A DNA stretch of 64,000 nucleotides from Nitrosopumilaceae archaeon (GTDB lineage: Archaea; Thermoproteota; Nitrososphaeria; Nitrososphaerales; Nitrosopumilaceae): positions 288,001 to 352,000 of the forward strand of contig OZ242274.1 in the NCBI GenBank assembly GCA_965207375.1. The letters are read 5' to 3'. Numbering within the stretch: position 1 is the stretch's first letter; the number at the start of each line of letters is the position of its first letter. The notes below the pieces were generated by a model. That model made no database searches. It was not told the DNA's origin and saw only the letters and a program-made list of their open reading frames with translations. A program made the translations under genes and the position numbers. Shown piece after piece: positions 20,200 to 29,786 of this stretch.

Positions 20200-20311
20200 T
20201 ACATTAGATCTTATACATAATCAAATTTTGAATTAAAAATGCTTAATTTTTAATCTTAAATTGAAAATTTTATTTTGAATTGTTCAATTACGCATAAAAT
20301 TTATTGTGTTT
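20200..20311 (+). repeat. 112-bp AT-rich repeat, copy B (right of integrase, direct orientation)
   Basis: tacattagatcttatacataatc...ttttattttgaattgttcaatta shared with copy A. Confidence 0.9.
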
Positions 20312-20802
20312 GCAGTATTGCAAGTGCCACTGAACATTTCTATAATGTTAGCATATCTTATCTCATAATTATTGCAGACCAAAGAAATTTTACTCTTGTT
20401 TTTTTGTAACCGTAATAATCGTGTAAAGATCTTTTGCTATATCTGCATTAATTTCTATGGCTAACGCAACAATGAAACACACATCATGCTTTTTATCTGC
20501 TTTTATTCATGATGCAAAAGACGACACAATAAAAAATCGGCTTTAGAAAATATATCATCATGCACAAATCACTACTGGCATTAAAACTCATTTTACAAGT
20601 GCATTATATGCTCTCATGCAGGATATAAAATAGCCAACACAGGTCTATACAAGAAAATAATGGCAGATGCACAGCGTGGTGTATCATGTTGTACATGACC
20701 AGACTTTTGTCACCTACTATAACGGGATCAAATCACAAAAGGCCATTTTATATCGCATTCTATGAATAACTTTATTATACAAAATCTTTACATCAAACAC
20801 AC

Positions 20803-22896
20803 ATGACCGAATCTGTCTTTTTATCGCCCAAATCCATTGCAGTTATAGGGGCATCTGACAAAAAGGGCAGCGTAGGCGCTACCATCACATCTAATATTTT
20901 AGCAGGTTTTAAGGGAACCGTTTTTCCAATCAGCCCCTCAAGGGACAAGGTTTTTTCTAAAAAGGCATACAAAAACGTACTTGACGTACCAAAACCAATT
21001 GATCTTGCAGTCATTGTCATCAAAAACACACTAGTTGCATCCGTGTTAGAAGAATGTGGCAAGAAAAAAATCAAAGGTGTCATAATTATCACTGCCGGAT
21101 TCAAGGAGGTAGATGAACAGGGAGCGCAACGTGAGCAACAAATCAAAGATATTGCCAAAAAATACAAGATTCAGGTAATCGGGCCCAACTGTCTTGGAGT
21201 AATGAATCTTGATCCAAAAACAATGATGAACTCTACCTTTCTCAAGATTACCCCAAAGTCTGGAAAAATCGCCCTTGTATCTCAGAGTGGGGCAATATGT
21301 GCTGCACTAGTGGAGGATGCTAGCGCCCAGGGCATCGGCTTTTCTGCGGTGATAAGTCTTGGAAACAAGGCAGTCATGAGTGAGGTAGATGTTTTGAAGA
21401 TTCTTGCCCAACACACACAAACCAAGGTTATCGTGATGTATCTAGAGGATATGGGCAACGGCCAGGAATTTCTCAAGGTATGCAAAAACATCACCAAAAA
21501 ACTCCAAAAACCCGTCATTGTTTTAAAGTCAGGACGTAGTCCTGAAGGTGCAAAGGCTGCAATGTCTCATACTGGAGCACTAATGGGCTCTGATGAAATT
21601 TATGACTCTTTGTTACAACAGGCAGGTGCAATACGTGTTGATACTATGGAGGAGCTATTTGACTATGCAACTGCATTCTCAAAGCAGCCACTGCCCTCAA
21701 AGGGTGACCTTGTTATAGTTTCAAATGCGGGCGGGCCTGCAATTATTTCAACTGATGCCTGCTCAAAACTAAACATCAATATGGCAAACATTTCAAGCAT
21801 ACGCAAAAACATTGACAAGGTAATTCCACCTTGGGGAAGCTCCCGAAATCCGGTAGATATTGTAGGCGATGCAGATTTTAATAGATTTGAGGATGTATTG
21901 GATCGCGTACTACAACATCCAAAGGTAGGCTCTGTCATTTCAATGTGTACTCCTTCTGGAACACTTGATTATGACAGACTTGCAGACGTAATTGTGGCAA
22001 TGTCAAAGAAATACAAAAAAACAATGCTTGCAAGTCTGATGGGCTTAGATGAAGGCATTACAAACAGGGAAATTTTGGCTAGAGGCAATGTTCCATACTA
22101 TACGTATGCAGAAGGCGCAATCAGAACACTTGCTGCCATGATCCGATTTTCTAACTGGATAAAGTCACCTGTAGGCAAGGTTGCCAAATTCAAAGTCGAC
22201 AAGGCAGGGGTGCAAAAAATACTAGAAGAGGCAAAAAAACAAAACAGAACCAGCCTTCTTGAGGAGCAGGGACAGCAGGTGCTAAAGGCGTATGGACTCT
22301 CACTACCATCTAGTGTCTTGGCCACAGATGAGGTACAGGCAGCAAAGATTGCCAAAAAAATCGGCTATCCCGTCGTCTTAAAAATTGTCTCGCCGCAAAT
22401 TATTCACAAATCCGACGCAGGCGGCGTACAGGTCAACCTTACAAATGACACAGAGGTAAAGACAGCATTTAGAACAATCATTAAAAATGCAAAAAAATAT
22501 GACAAAAAGGCCCAAATCAAGGGTGTTCTAGTAGTCGAAATGGTCAAAGGAGGCAAGGAATTAATCATTGGCTCAAAGCTAGAGCCCGGTTTTGGCCAGG
22601 TTATCATGCTTGGCATGGGCGGAATCTACGTTGAGATTCTCAAAGATGTCACATTCAGACTTGCTCCAATATCTGATACTGAGGCAGATGGCATGATTGC
22701 ATCAATTAAGACGCAAAAACTGTTACGGGGCGTAAGGGGCGAAAAACCGTCTGATATTGCAGCGTTATCTGAATGCATTCAGAGGCTGTCGCAGCTAGTC
22801 TCTGACTTTGATGAGATTGCAGAACTTGATATGAATCCTGTCCTAGTAATGGATAAGGGATGTCGTGTTTTGGACGTACGAATCGGCCTAGGCTAG
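20803..22896 (+). CDS. ADP-forming acyl-CoA synthetase, probably 4-hydroxybutyrate-CoA ligase (3HP/4HB cycle)
   Basis: CoA-binding plus ATP-grasp domains (GPNCLG, SQSGA, SHTGAL, HKSDAGGV, DMNPV); adjacent to hcd. Confidence 0.88.
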   Translation: MTESVFLSPKSIAVIGASDKKGSVGATITSNILAGFKGTVFPISPSRDKVFSKKAYKNVLDVPKPIDLAVIVIKNTLVASVLEECGKKKIKGVIIITAGFKEVDEQGAQREQQIKDIAKKYKIQVIGPNCLGVMNLDPKTMMNSTFLKITPKSGKIALVSQSGAICAALVEDASAQGIGFSAVISLGNKAVMSEVDVLKILAQHTQTKVIVMYLEDMGNGQEFLKVCKNITKKLQKPVIVLKSGRSPEGAKAAMSHTGALMGSDEIYDSLLQQAGAIRVDTMEELFDYATAFSKQPLPSKGDLVIVSNAGGPAIISTDACSKLNINMANISSIRKNIDKVIPPWGSSRNPVDIVGDADFNRFEDVLDRVLQHPKVGSVISMCTPSGTLDYDRLADVIVAMSKKYKKTMLASLMGLDEGITNREILARGNVPYYTYAEGAIRTLAAMIRFSNWIKSPVGKVAKFKVDKAGVQKILEEAKKQNRTSLLEEQGQQVLKAYGLSLPSSVLATDEVQAAKIAKKIGYPVVLKIVSPQIIHKSDAGGVQVNLTNDTEVKTAFRTIIKNAKKYDKKAQIKGVLVVEMVKGGKELIIGSKLEPGFGQVIMLGMGGIYVEILKDVTFRLAPISDTEADGMIASIKTQKLLRGVRGEKPSDIAALSECIQRLSQLVSDFDEIAELDMNPVLVMDKGCRVLDVRIGLG

Positions 22897-22951
22897 TCTT
22901 TCTAGGGCATAATTTAGAATATTTATACGGCATATTACTAACCATATTATC

Positions 22952-24469
22952 ATGGCCAATGTCTTAAAAACAATCAGAACCGGTGATGACTATATAGCAA
23001 GTCTTAGGGGCCGCAATCTCAAGGTCTACCTTTTTGGAGAGCTGGTAAAAGAGCCTGTGGATCATCCCATGATTCGACCCTCAATTAATGCCGTAGCTGA
23101 AACCTATGATCTTGCTGTGAGGCAGTCGGATTTGGCTAGTGCAGAATCCTCAATTACGGGCATACAGGTCAACAGATTTTTGCACATTGCAGAAAGTGCA
23201 CAAGATCTGGTTTTGCAAAACAAAATGCAACGAAGGCTGGGACAAAACACAGGAACCTGCTTCCAAAGATGCGTCGGCATGGACGCACTAAATTCGCTAC
23301 ATTCAGTTACATTTGAAATTGATGAAAAACACGGCACCGATTATCATAAACGATTCTTGGAGTTTGTAAAAATGATTCAAAAAGAGAACCTAGTCATTGG
23401 AGGTGCCATGACTGATCCCAAGGGCGACCGAAGTAAGGGTCCCTCAGAACAAGATGATCCTGATCTGTTTACACGCATAGTAGATACTGATCAAAACGGA
23501 GTCTACGTCTCTGGTGCCAAGGCACATCAGACTGGATGCATTAATTCACACTGGATAATTTTAATGCCAACAATCAGACTTACCCAAAGTGACAGGGACT
23601 GGGCCATAGTGGGTGCCATTCCTGCAGATGCAGACGGCATTACATACATTTACGGCAGACAATCATGTGATACTCGAAGCATGGAGGAAGGCACAATAGA
23701 TGATGGAAATACAAAGTTTGGCGGCCAGGAGGCCCTGATAATTTTAGATCGTGTGTTTATTCCATGGGATAAAATTTTCATGCATGGGGAATACGAGTTT
23801 GCATCTATGTTAGTTGAACGCTTTACCTGTTATCACAGACGCAGCTATGTATGCAAGACGGGACTAGGAGACGTCCTAATAGGTGCTGCAGCAACCATTG
23901 CAGATTACAATGGCGTTCCAAAGGTGTCTCACATCAAGGATAAAATTATTGAAATGACTCATCTTAATGAAACAATATTTGCTGCAGGAATTGCATCTTC
24001 TCATCAGGGCTACAAGTTAAAGTCAGGCGTATATCTAAATGACGACATGCTAGCACAGGTCTGCAAGCACAATGTAACAAGATTCCCATACGAAATTAGC
24101 AGACTTGCCCAAGATATAGCAGGCGGCCTAGTAGTCACGCTTCCATCTGAGAAGGACTTTAGACACCCACAAACAGGTCCGCTTCTTAAAAAATATCTTG
24201 CCGGACGCAGGGGCGTTGATGTGGAAAATAAGATGAGAATTTTGCGTTTAATTGAAAACATGACACTTGGCAGAAACGCAGTTGGTTATCTTACCGAATC
24301 CATGCATGGTGCAGGCTCTCCACAAGCACAAAGAATCCAAATCCAACGACAAATGCAGGTAGGATACAAAAAGAACCTGGCAAAAAATCTTGCAGGTATT
24401 ACAAATGACATCGAAGAAACTACAGAATCATCTGAATACTTTAAACGCGTCTTTAAGACTGGTGACTAG
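22952..24469 (+). CDS. hcd: 4-hydroxybutyryl-CoA dehydratase
   Basis: TCFQRCVGMD, AMTDPKGDRS, GAKAHQTG, YHRRSYVCK, ESMHGAGSPQAQ. Confidence 0.96.
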   Translation: MANVLKTIRTGDDYIASLRGRNLKVYLFGELVKEPVDHPMIRPSINAVAETYDLAVRQSDLASAESSITGIQVNRFLHIAESAQDLVLQNKMQRRLGQNTGTCFQRCVGMDALNSLHSVTFEIDEKHGTDYHKRFLEFVKMIQKENLVIGGAMTDPKGDRSKGPSEQDDPDLFTRIVDTDQNGVYVSGAKAHQTGCINSHWIILMPTIRLTQSDRDWAIVGAIPADADGITYIYGRQSCDTRSMEEGTIDDGNTKFGGQEALIILDRVFIPWDKIFMHGEYEFASMLVERFTCYHRRSYVCKTGLGDVLIGAAATIADYNGVPKVSHIKDKIIEMTHLNETIFAAGIASSHQGYKLKSGVYLNDDMLAQVCKHNVTRFPYEISRLAQDIAGGLVVTLPSEKDFRHPQTGPLLKKYLAGRRGVDVENKMRILRLIENMTLGRNAVGYLTESMHGAGSPQAQRIQIQRQMQVGYKKNLAKNLAGITNDIEETTESSEYFKRVFKTGD

Positions 24470-24499
24470 TCTTTTCTAGTTTCCAAATTCATGGTAACT

Positions 24500-24680
24500 T
24501 TTAGACTGCAAGGGGTCCTGCCTCCAAGATTAGAGTGACACCGCATGAAATTGTAATAAATATCACATGTTGCAAATATTGCCGAATTTTTACTTTGTAT
24601 GTGGGCTATTGCAAATTCTAGTGTTTCGTTGAATCTTTCTTAGACGTTGTTGTTCTTTTTGGCAAGATGTTTAATAGAAT
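24500..24680 (-). pseudogene. IS6-like transposase C-terminal fragment
   Basis: tgcctccaaga.t.gagtgacaccgcatgaaattgtaataaatatcacat... matches 62452-62605. Confidence 0.75.
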
Positions 24681-24703
24681 TCATATGTAATTATAAATTT
24701 CAG

Positions 24704-25573
24704 TCACATATTGGATACTTCATCAAGTATTGTTTTTGCAAATCTTTTCTTTGCATTCAATTCTTTTGCAATTTTTGATAAACAAGAATGAATACGGGTA
24801 TCTGCATATGATAGCTTGAGTGTATTGTAGTATTCTAGTGTTACAGTATCGTCCTCTTCGTCTGAAATTTTTTTCAGAAAATATGATGTCCTTTTTACCC
24901 TACTCTCAAATGGAAGCATGTTAACACTGTGTTGTAAGAACACTTGTAGAATTTGTTGGTGTTTTTGACCAATTTTAACTGTCATTCTTGATTTTGGCAT
25001 CTCTGATAGCTTTTCTAGCATTTTTTTAATTGGAAAATCATATTCTTCATAATATCTTTGCATAAACGGAGACATGTTATCTAAAATACTTTGATCAAAC
25101 TCGTATTCTCTATCTAGGTTTTTTTGTACCTCAATTGCCAGCTCTGTCAGAGCAAAAATTATGCCCATTGGATCATTGATTGCTTGTTTGCTGTAACTTA
25201 TAGAATATTTTGCAAGCATTTGATTTAATTTATTTAATACGTGCGCCGATACAAGACTTTTCTTTTTTCCACTATCCATTGTTTTAATTATTTTTAATGA
25301 CAATGTAAAGAAAAGAGAATAGTTTTTTGCACTGTTATTATTTTGCAGGCATTGTTTTTCAAACGAATCCATAAATTTTTCAAGTATTGTTGGAATGTGT
25401 TCGTTAACTGGTATGTTTCTAAAACTAAATTTTTTTGTTTGTGAATCATCACTTGGGAAAAGTGATTTTGCTTGTCCAAGTGCACTTGTAACAGATGCCA
25501 GTGTTTTTTTATTACCTTTTCCGTATTTGCTTTTTTGTAAATATTTTACTGATTCAACTAGTGATTCATACAT
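24704..25573 (-). CDS. Hypothetical helical protein
   Basis: 289-aa ORF, no recognised motif. Confidence 0.65.
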   Translation of the reverse strand: MYESLVESVKYLQKSKYGKGNKKTLASVTSALGQAKSLFPSDDSQTKKFSFRNIPVNEHIPTILEKFMDSFEKQCLQNNNSAKNYSLFFTLSLKIIKTMDSGKKKSLVSAHVLNKLNQMLAKYSISYSKQAINDPMGIIFALTELAIEVQKNLDREYEFDQSILDNMSPFMQRYYEEYDFPIKKMLEKLSEMPKSRMTVKIGQKHQQILQVFLQHSVNMLPFESRVKRTSYFLKKISDEEDDTVTLEYYNTLKLSYADTRIHSCLSKIAKELNAKKRFAKTILDEVSNM

Positions 25574-25753
25574 TGTTTGAATAGATTTACATTCTTTAAG
25601 ATAAAGATTATGTCAGGTTAACAATTCTGATTTTTATTCCTGAAATAAATTGTTCGTAATTGTTAACTTCATGTCTGGAGTTTGACATATGGTGTGGTAT
25701 GTTTTATGGAAACTTTGTTTTCTTTAGAAATTTATTGACTCTTTTGTTCCTTG

Positions 25754-27811
25754 TTAGCTGGCATTCTCTATTTCCTTCAAAACTTTTGCAATTTTAGGCC
25801 ATAGTGGACTAGAGTATTTTTTAGAGTTTGCCTCAGCTTCTGCTGCAGTAGTTGGATTATCATGTTGTATCACTCCAAATGCTGCTAGTACCTTATTCCA
25901 TCTGTCCACATGAGCAAAACCATGATGGGTTTGACTTGCCATATACTTTACATCTTCAATTAATTCTGGGTCTATTGCAGGTGTTGGTACTGGGTCTTGT
26001 GTTGGTACTGGGTCTTGTGTTGGTACTGGGTCTTGTGTTGGTACTGGGTCTTGTGTTGGTACTGGGTCTTGTGTTGGTACTGGGTCTTGTGTTGGTACTG
26101 GGTCTTGTGTTGGTACTGGGTCTTGTGCCTGTTCTGGTATTGCCTCTAGTATTGTTAATACTTCTGCAATTTTAGGCCATAATGGACTAGAGTATTTCTT
26201 GCTATTTGCTTCAGCTTCTACAGCTGTCATAGGGTTAGAGTGTTCTAGTAATCCAAATCCTGCCAAAACTCTATTCCATCTGTCAACGTGATCATGACCG
26301 TGATGTGTCATAGATGCCAGATACTTTACATCTTCAATTAATTCTGGGTCTATTGCAGGTGTTGGTTCAGGCTCTGGCTCAACCTGTGGTATGTTTTGTG
26401 TCGCATTTTGTTGCTGTTGCTGTTGTTCAATTGCAGCCTCACGCTCTTGTAAGATATTTGCAATCTTGACCCATAATGGACTAGAGTATTTCTTTGTATT
26501 TGCCTGAGCCTCTTCTACAGTCATAGGATTGTCATGCTGTATCACACCAAAGGCTGCTAGCACCCTATTCCATCTGTCAACATGTTGTTCACCGTGATGT
26601 GTCATAGATGCAAGATACTTTACATCCTCAATTAGTTCTGGATCAGCTGTAGGTATTGGTATAGATTCTGGTACAATGTATGGTGTATCTTGAGCAATGG
26701 CTGATGTTTGGTTTTGTTGCTGTTGCTGTGTATTTAGGAATTGAGTTAACAGTGAATCTGGTATAGGCTGCTGTCCTGTTGATTCTCCGTTAAGACCATC
26801 TGGGACGGGAACACCAGGCTCACTATCAAGTATTGGTATTACAAGACTGGTCTCTCCTGCTAGTCTATATGCATCACTGGGAAGCAAACGAACTATGGCA
26901 AAGCCGCCGCCTTGATCCCCTGGTGTGTTGCCAGCGGCGAATAATGTGGTTAAAGAAGTAAAAGGACTGGAGAGTACTTTCGTATGAGAACCTGGATTAT
27001 CAGTATTGAGATAATTTCCGATTTGGCTGACATGGTATTTTACTGGCACCGTGGGATTCGGGGCAGGACTAATCTGGACAGATATGTTAGTACCTATTGT
27101 CAAACCCTCAGTCATGCTTGCAGGGGGAGCACGAAATTGTACTGAATGCGTTGGCTGTACATAATCTGCTGCATCATCATCTGTTATGTGGACCGTAATT
27201 GTATAGTCATTGGTTAACCAGTGATAGTTACCTTTTTGATTTGTATCTAAGTTTCTGAAAGGATGATGGGACTCGAAAGTCACTTTTAGTGTGTGATCAT
27301 CAGCGTCATTATCATGACCGGCTTTTAGGTATAGATATACTGGTATGTCCCAATTGTTACTATTAAATTCAAAATGGTATTTGTTGTTTCCCTCACATCC
27401 AGAATAATGATCGTTTTCATGAAGTGATTGAAATACAACACCATGGTCGTGAGGGGGATTATGAGATGGAAATCCCGACCCTTCACCTACTCCTTCAAAA
27501 CAGGATATTCTGTTTAGATCACCATTGTCTATATGGGGAAAAGTAATACGAGGCGTGTATAGGCCAACACCGTCTTGCTTGTCTGGTGCTCTGTCCAAAT
27601 TAAAGTAAATGCGGACTCCCTGTTCACCTTCTGTAAGATATATGTCAATGTTGTTGTTAGCATCAGGCGTATGAGGTGCCATAAACTCTAGCCCATGAGG
27701 TGCAGCTTCTGCTGCTTGTATGTTACCTAATAATAGTAAAGATGCACTTGCAACAACTGCCAAGAATATGATGGTTAATGGGGAATTTGCTGTAAAGTGT
27801 AAAGTTTTCAT
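25754..27811 (-). CDS. Secreted/surface repeat protein (signal peptide, Calx-beta-like domains, 3 copies of a ~75-aa helical repeat, Pro/Gln linkers)
   Basis: N-terminal hydrophobic signal; VHITDDD and IPILD domain ends; DPELIEDVKY.AS.THHG..HVDRWN.VLA.FG...KKYSSPLW.KIA x3. Confidence 0.8.
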   Translation of the reverse strand: MKTLHFTANSPLTIIFLAVVASASLLLLGNIQAAEAAPHGLEFMAPHTPDANNNIDIYLTEGEQGVRIYFNLDRAPDKQDGVGLYTPRITFPHIDNGDLNRISCFEGVGEGSGFPSHNPPHDHGVVFQSLHENDHYSGCEGNNKYHFEFNSNNWDIPVYLYLKAGHDNDADDHTLKVTFESHHPFRNLDTNQKGNYHWLTNDYTITVHITDDDAADYVQPTHSVQFRAPPASMTEGLTIGTNISVQISPAPNPTVPVKYHVSQIGNYLNTDNPGSHTKVLSSPFTSLTTLFAAGNTPGDQGGGFAIVRLLPSDAYRLAGETSLVIPILDSEPGVPVPDGLNGESTGQQPIPDSLLTQFLNTQQQQQNQTSAIAQDTPYIVPESIPIPTADPELIEDVKYLASMTHHGEQHVDRWNRVLAAFGVIQHDNPMTVEEAQANTKKYSSPLWVKIANILQEREAAIEQQQQQQNATQNIPQVEPEPEPTPAIDPELIEDVKYLASMTHHGHDHVDRWNRVLAGFGLLEHSNPMTAVEAEANSKKYSSPLWPKIAEVLTILEAIPEQAQDPVPTQDPVPTQDPVPTQDPVPTQDPVPTQDPVPTQDPVPTQDPVPTPAIDPELIEDVKYMASQTHHGFAHVDRWNKVLAAFGVIQHDNPTTAAEAEANSKKYSSPLWPKIAKVLKEIENAS
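25981..26124. repeat. 18-bp perfect tandem repeat x8 (encodes QDPVPT)
   Basis: gtgttggtactgggtctt repeated 8 times. Confidence 0.97.
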
Positions 27812-27820
27812 GAAATTAAC

Positions 27821-27830
27821 GGGGGGGGGG
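27821..27830 (-). promoter_or_regulatory. C10 homopolymer between a TATA-like box and the ATG of the surface protein gene
   Basis: Minus strand reads gTTTTTAAAA-CCCCCCCCCC-gttaatttc-ATG. Confidence 0.6.
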
Positions 27831-27867
27831 TTTTAAAAACGTTAGTATTTGAACGGATTACAAGTTC

Positions 27868-27950
27868 GTATTTGTTCACGTAGTGGCAGTTGATTTGTAC
27901 CTAAATGATGACATAGTGATTGAAAAATTAGACACGAGGTAAACAAGTAC
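27868..27950. mobile_element. 83-bp MITE related to 18352-18420 and the IS66 ends
   Basis: gtatttgttcacgt ... gacacgaggtaaacaagtac. Confidence 0.65.
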
Positions 27951-27956
27951 AATTGT

Positions 27957-28041
27957 TCTAGACCTCATGCACAATTGATCAATTCAAAATAAAATTTTCA
28001 ATAAGGCTAAAAATTAAGCATTTTTAATTCAAAATTTGATT
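27957..28041 (-). repeat. Partial copy C of the 112-bp integrase-flanking repeat, inverted
   Basis: Reverse complement aatcaaattttgaattaaaaatgcttaatttttagccttattgaaaattttattttgaattgatcaatt matches copy B. Confidence 0.85.
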
Positions 28042-28163
28042 CTATTGTATTTCAAAACGGTGCAGGTCCATCAAATTAAAAATACTCAAACATAGACAAA
28101 CTTGGTACCAATTCGTTACAGTCACCTAAAGATCTGCTCAAAGTCCAAACTGTACATGTTGTA

Positions 28164-29477
28164 TAGCAGATCTAACTAATAATCAATAGTTTTTCTACAT
28201 ATTTTAAAAAACAAAGTCGTGACCTGACATTGACACTTGCAACAGTTGCGATCAAAGCAACTAAACATGAAATGCACAAAATATTACAGCATATTATCTG
28301 ATAGTTACAAACAAAAGAATCAAAGAACAAAATTACGGTATCAAATAGTCGAACATTTTTACTATTGGAATAGTTTTGTTTTTTATTGATCGAGCTATGA
28401 TACGTTTGAGCTCAGCATTTGTAGCTATAATACCTGCAATACTCTTTTTCATGACCGACCATTCAGGCTCAATCGGATTGAGTTCAGGAGTATATTTTAG
28501 ATAAAACTCAAACTGCATCTGACCACCTGTCTCCCTTGTGATACGTTTTAGCTCATCTTTTTTGTGATAAGCTGCATTGTCCATAAACATCAGAACCTTG
28601 CCGAATTTCTTGTGTACACCCTGCAAAAAGTTTTCCACGTTAACCCAGTTTCCTGTATCGTAAAACCTAAAGTAATATTCTTTCTCTGCGCCAATAGCAC
28701 CTATAATCGTGAGACTCTTGGATTTTTTAGATTTATTTTTTGCGGATTTTTTCTTTGGTTTTTTCTTGCCTGTGATAAATACAGGACGTTTTTCAAAAAA
28801 CCAGCCCTTTTTGGGCACTGATGCCACCAGCTTGTGAGCAGCATCCATGGTCATAATTGTGTGTCCTTTGTCGCTATAGTATTTTACCTTGCGGTGAGCT
28901 TTTTTTTTGAACACTGCGATTTCCTCAGGGGTTGCTGCCTTGTCGTTTCTAGGTCTAGGTGCAACTAGATGAAGATCAAGTCTAGTGATCAATGCCCATA
29001 CCGAACTTACATTGTAATCTGTCTTGAATATTTTTTTGATGTGTCTTTGTATTATGGGTGATGTCCACAAATTAGTATCATAACCACATTTTTGTGGTCC
29101 TTTTTTCAAATCACGTATTAGCTTGTTTATTTGCTTCTTGTCCAGCTTACACTGTGCACCAGGTTGCTTCTTATCGTATCTAGCATCAATGCCTTCCTTG
29201 TTGATTCTGTCTATCCAATTTTGAACCGTGGTGTACGGTATCTTTATGGAATTTGAAATTTCCCACAATGTTTTGCCCTCCTTTTTTAACATGTATGCAG
29301 TAATTCTCTGTACAACCTTTGGATTTTCTTCTTCTTTTTTGAGTTTGTACAATTTCTTCATGTTTGTATCTGGTAGGAATTTATCCATTGTAACCATCTT
29401 GGAACAAGATCGACATATAGATCTTTTAGTTGACTTTAATTGACAAATTTGCTATCGATTATTAGTTAGATCTGCTA
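28164..29477 (-). mobile_element. Complete IS630-family element
   Basis: 26-bp terminal IRs tagcagatctaactaataatc(a/g)atag with 1 mismatch, flanked by duplicated TA. Confidence 0.93.
28333..29397 (-). CDS. IS630-family transposase
   Basis: HTH, WTSP, MTMDAAH, FMDNAAYH, KYTPELNPIEPEW. Confidence 0.93.
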   Translation of the reverse strand: MVTMDKFLPDTNMKKLYKLKKEEENPKVVQRITAYMLKKEGKTLWEISNSIKIPYTTVQNWIDRINKEGIDARYDKKQPGAQCKLDKKQINKLIRDLKKGPQKCGYDTNLWTSPIIQRHIKKIFKTDYNVSSVWALITRLDLHLVAPRPRNDKAATPEEIAVFKKKAHRKVKYYSDKGHTIMTMDAAHKLVASVPKKGWFFEKRPVFITGKKKPKKKSAKNKSKKSKSLTIIGAIGAEKEYYFRFYDTGNWVNVENFLQGVHKKFGKVLMFMDNAAYHKKDELKRITRETGGQMQFEFYLKYTPELNPIEPEWSVMKKSIAGIIATNAELKRIIARSIKNKTIPIVKMFDYLIP

Positions 29478-29786
29478 TAATCCTTGGATTGCAACCAATG
29501 AACTTTTGTATCCTTGTGTATTGCATCCCTCATTGTTTCTGATTTTATCACTGTAACGTTTTACTGTATATTGTTACATCTTACCATCTAGTTAATGCCG
29601 TCAAGCTTGTCTAATTCTTGTGGAATCCAAATTTGCGATTCAAGTGCACTTGTCATTATGACATGTTTGAGATCGTCTCGCTGTACTGCGTATAACTTTT
29701 GCAATTGTTCTTTTTTGATTTCTATTCTCCAATCCACTTGACAGATTTTCATAGTTCACATGTGCCTCGCTATTGCCTTTTGTAAC

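Noticed and set aside
25981-26124. Possible CRISPR array
   Set aside because: Head-to-tail 18-bp repeats with no spacers, in frame within a CDS; no cas genes in the window
28900-28915. Programmed -1 frameshift at the A-run (FKKKA) of the IS630 transposase
   Set aside because: The ORF is already continuous in one frame
29588-29752. 54-aa ORF downstream of the signal peptidase gene
   Set aside because: Short and without a recognisable motif; not enough support to call
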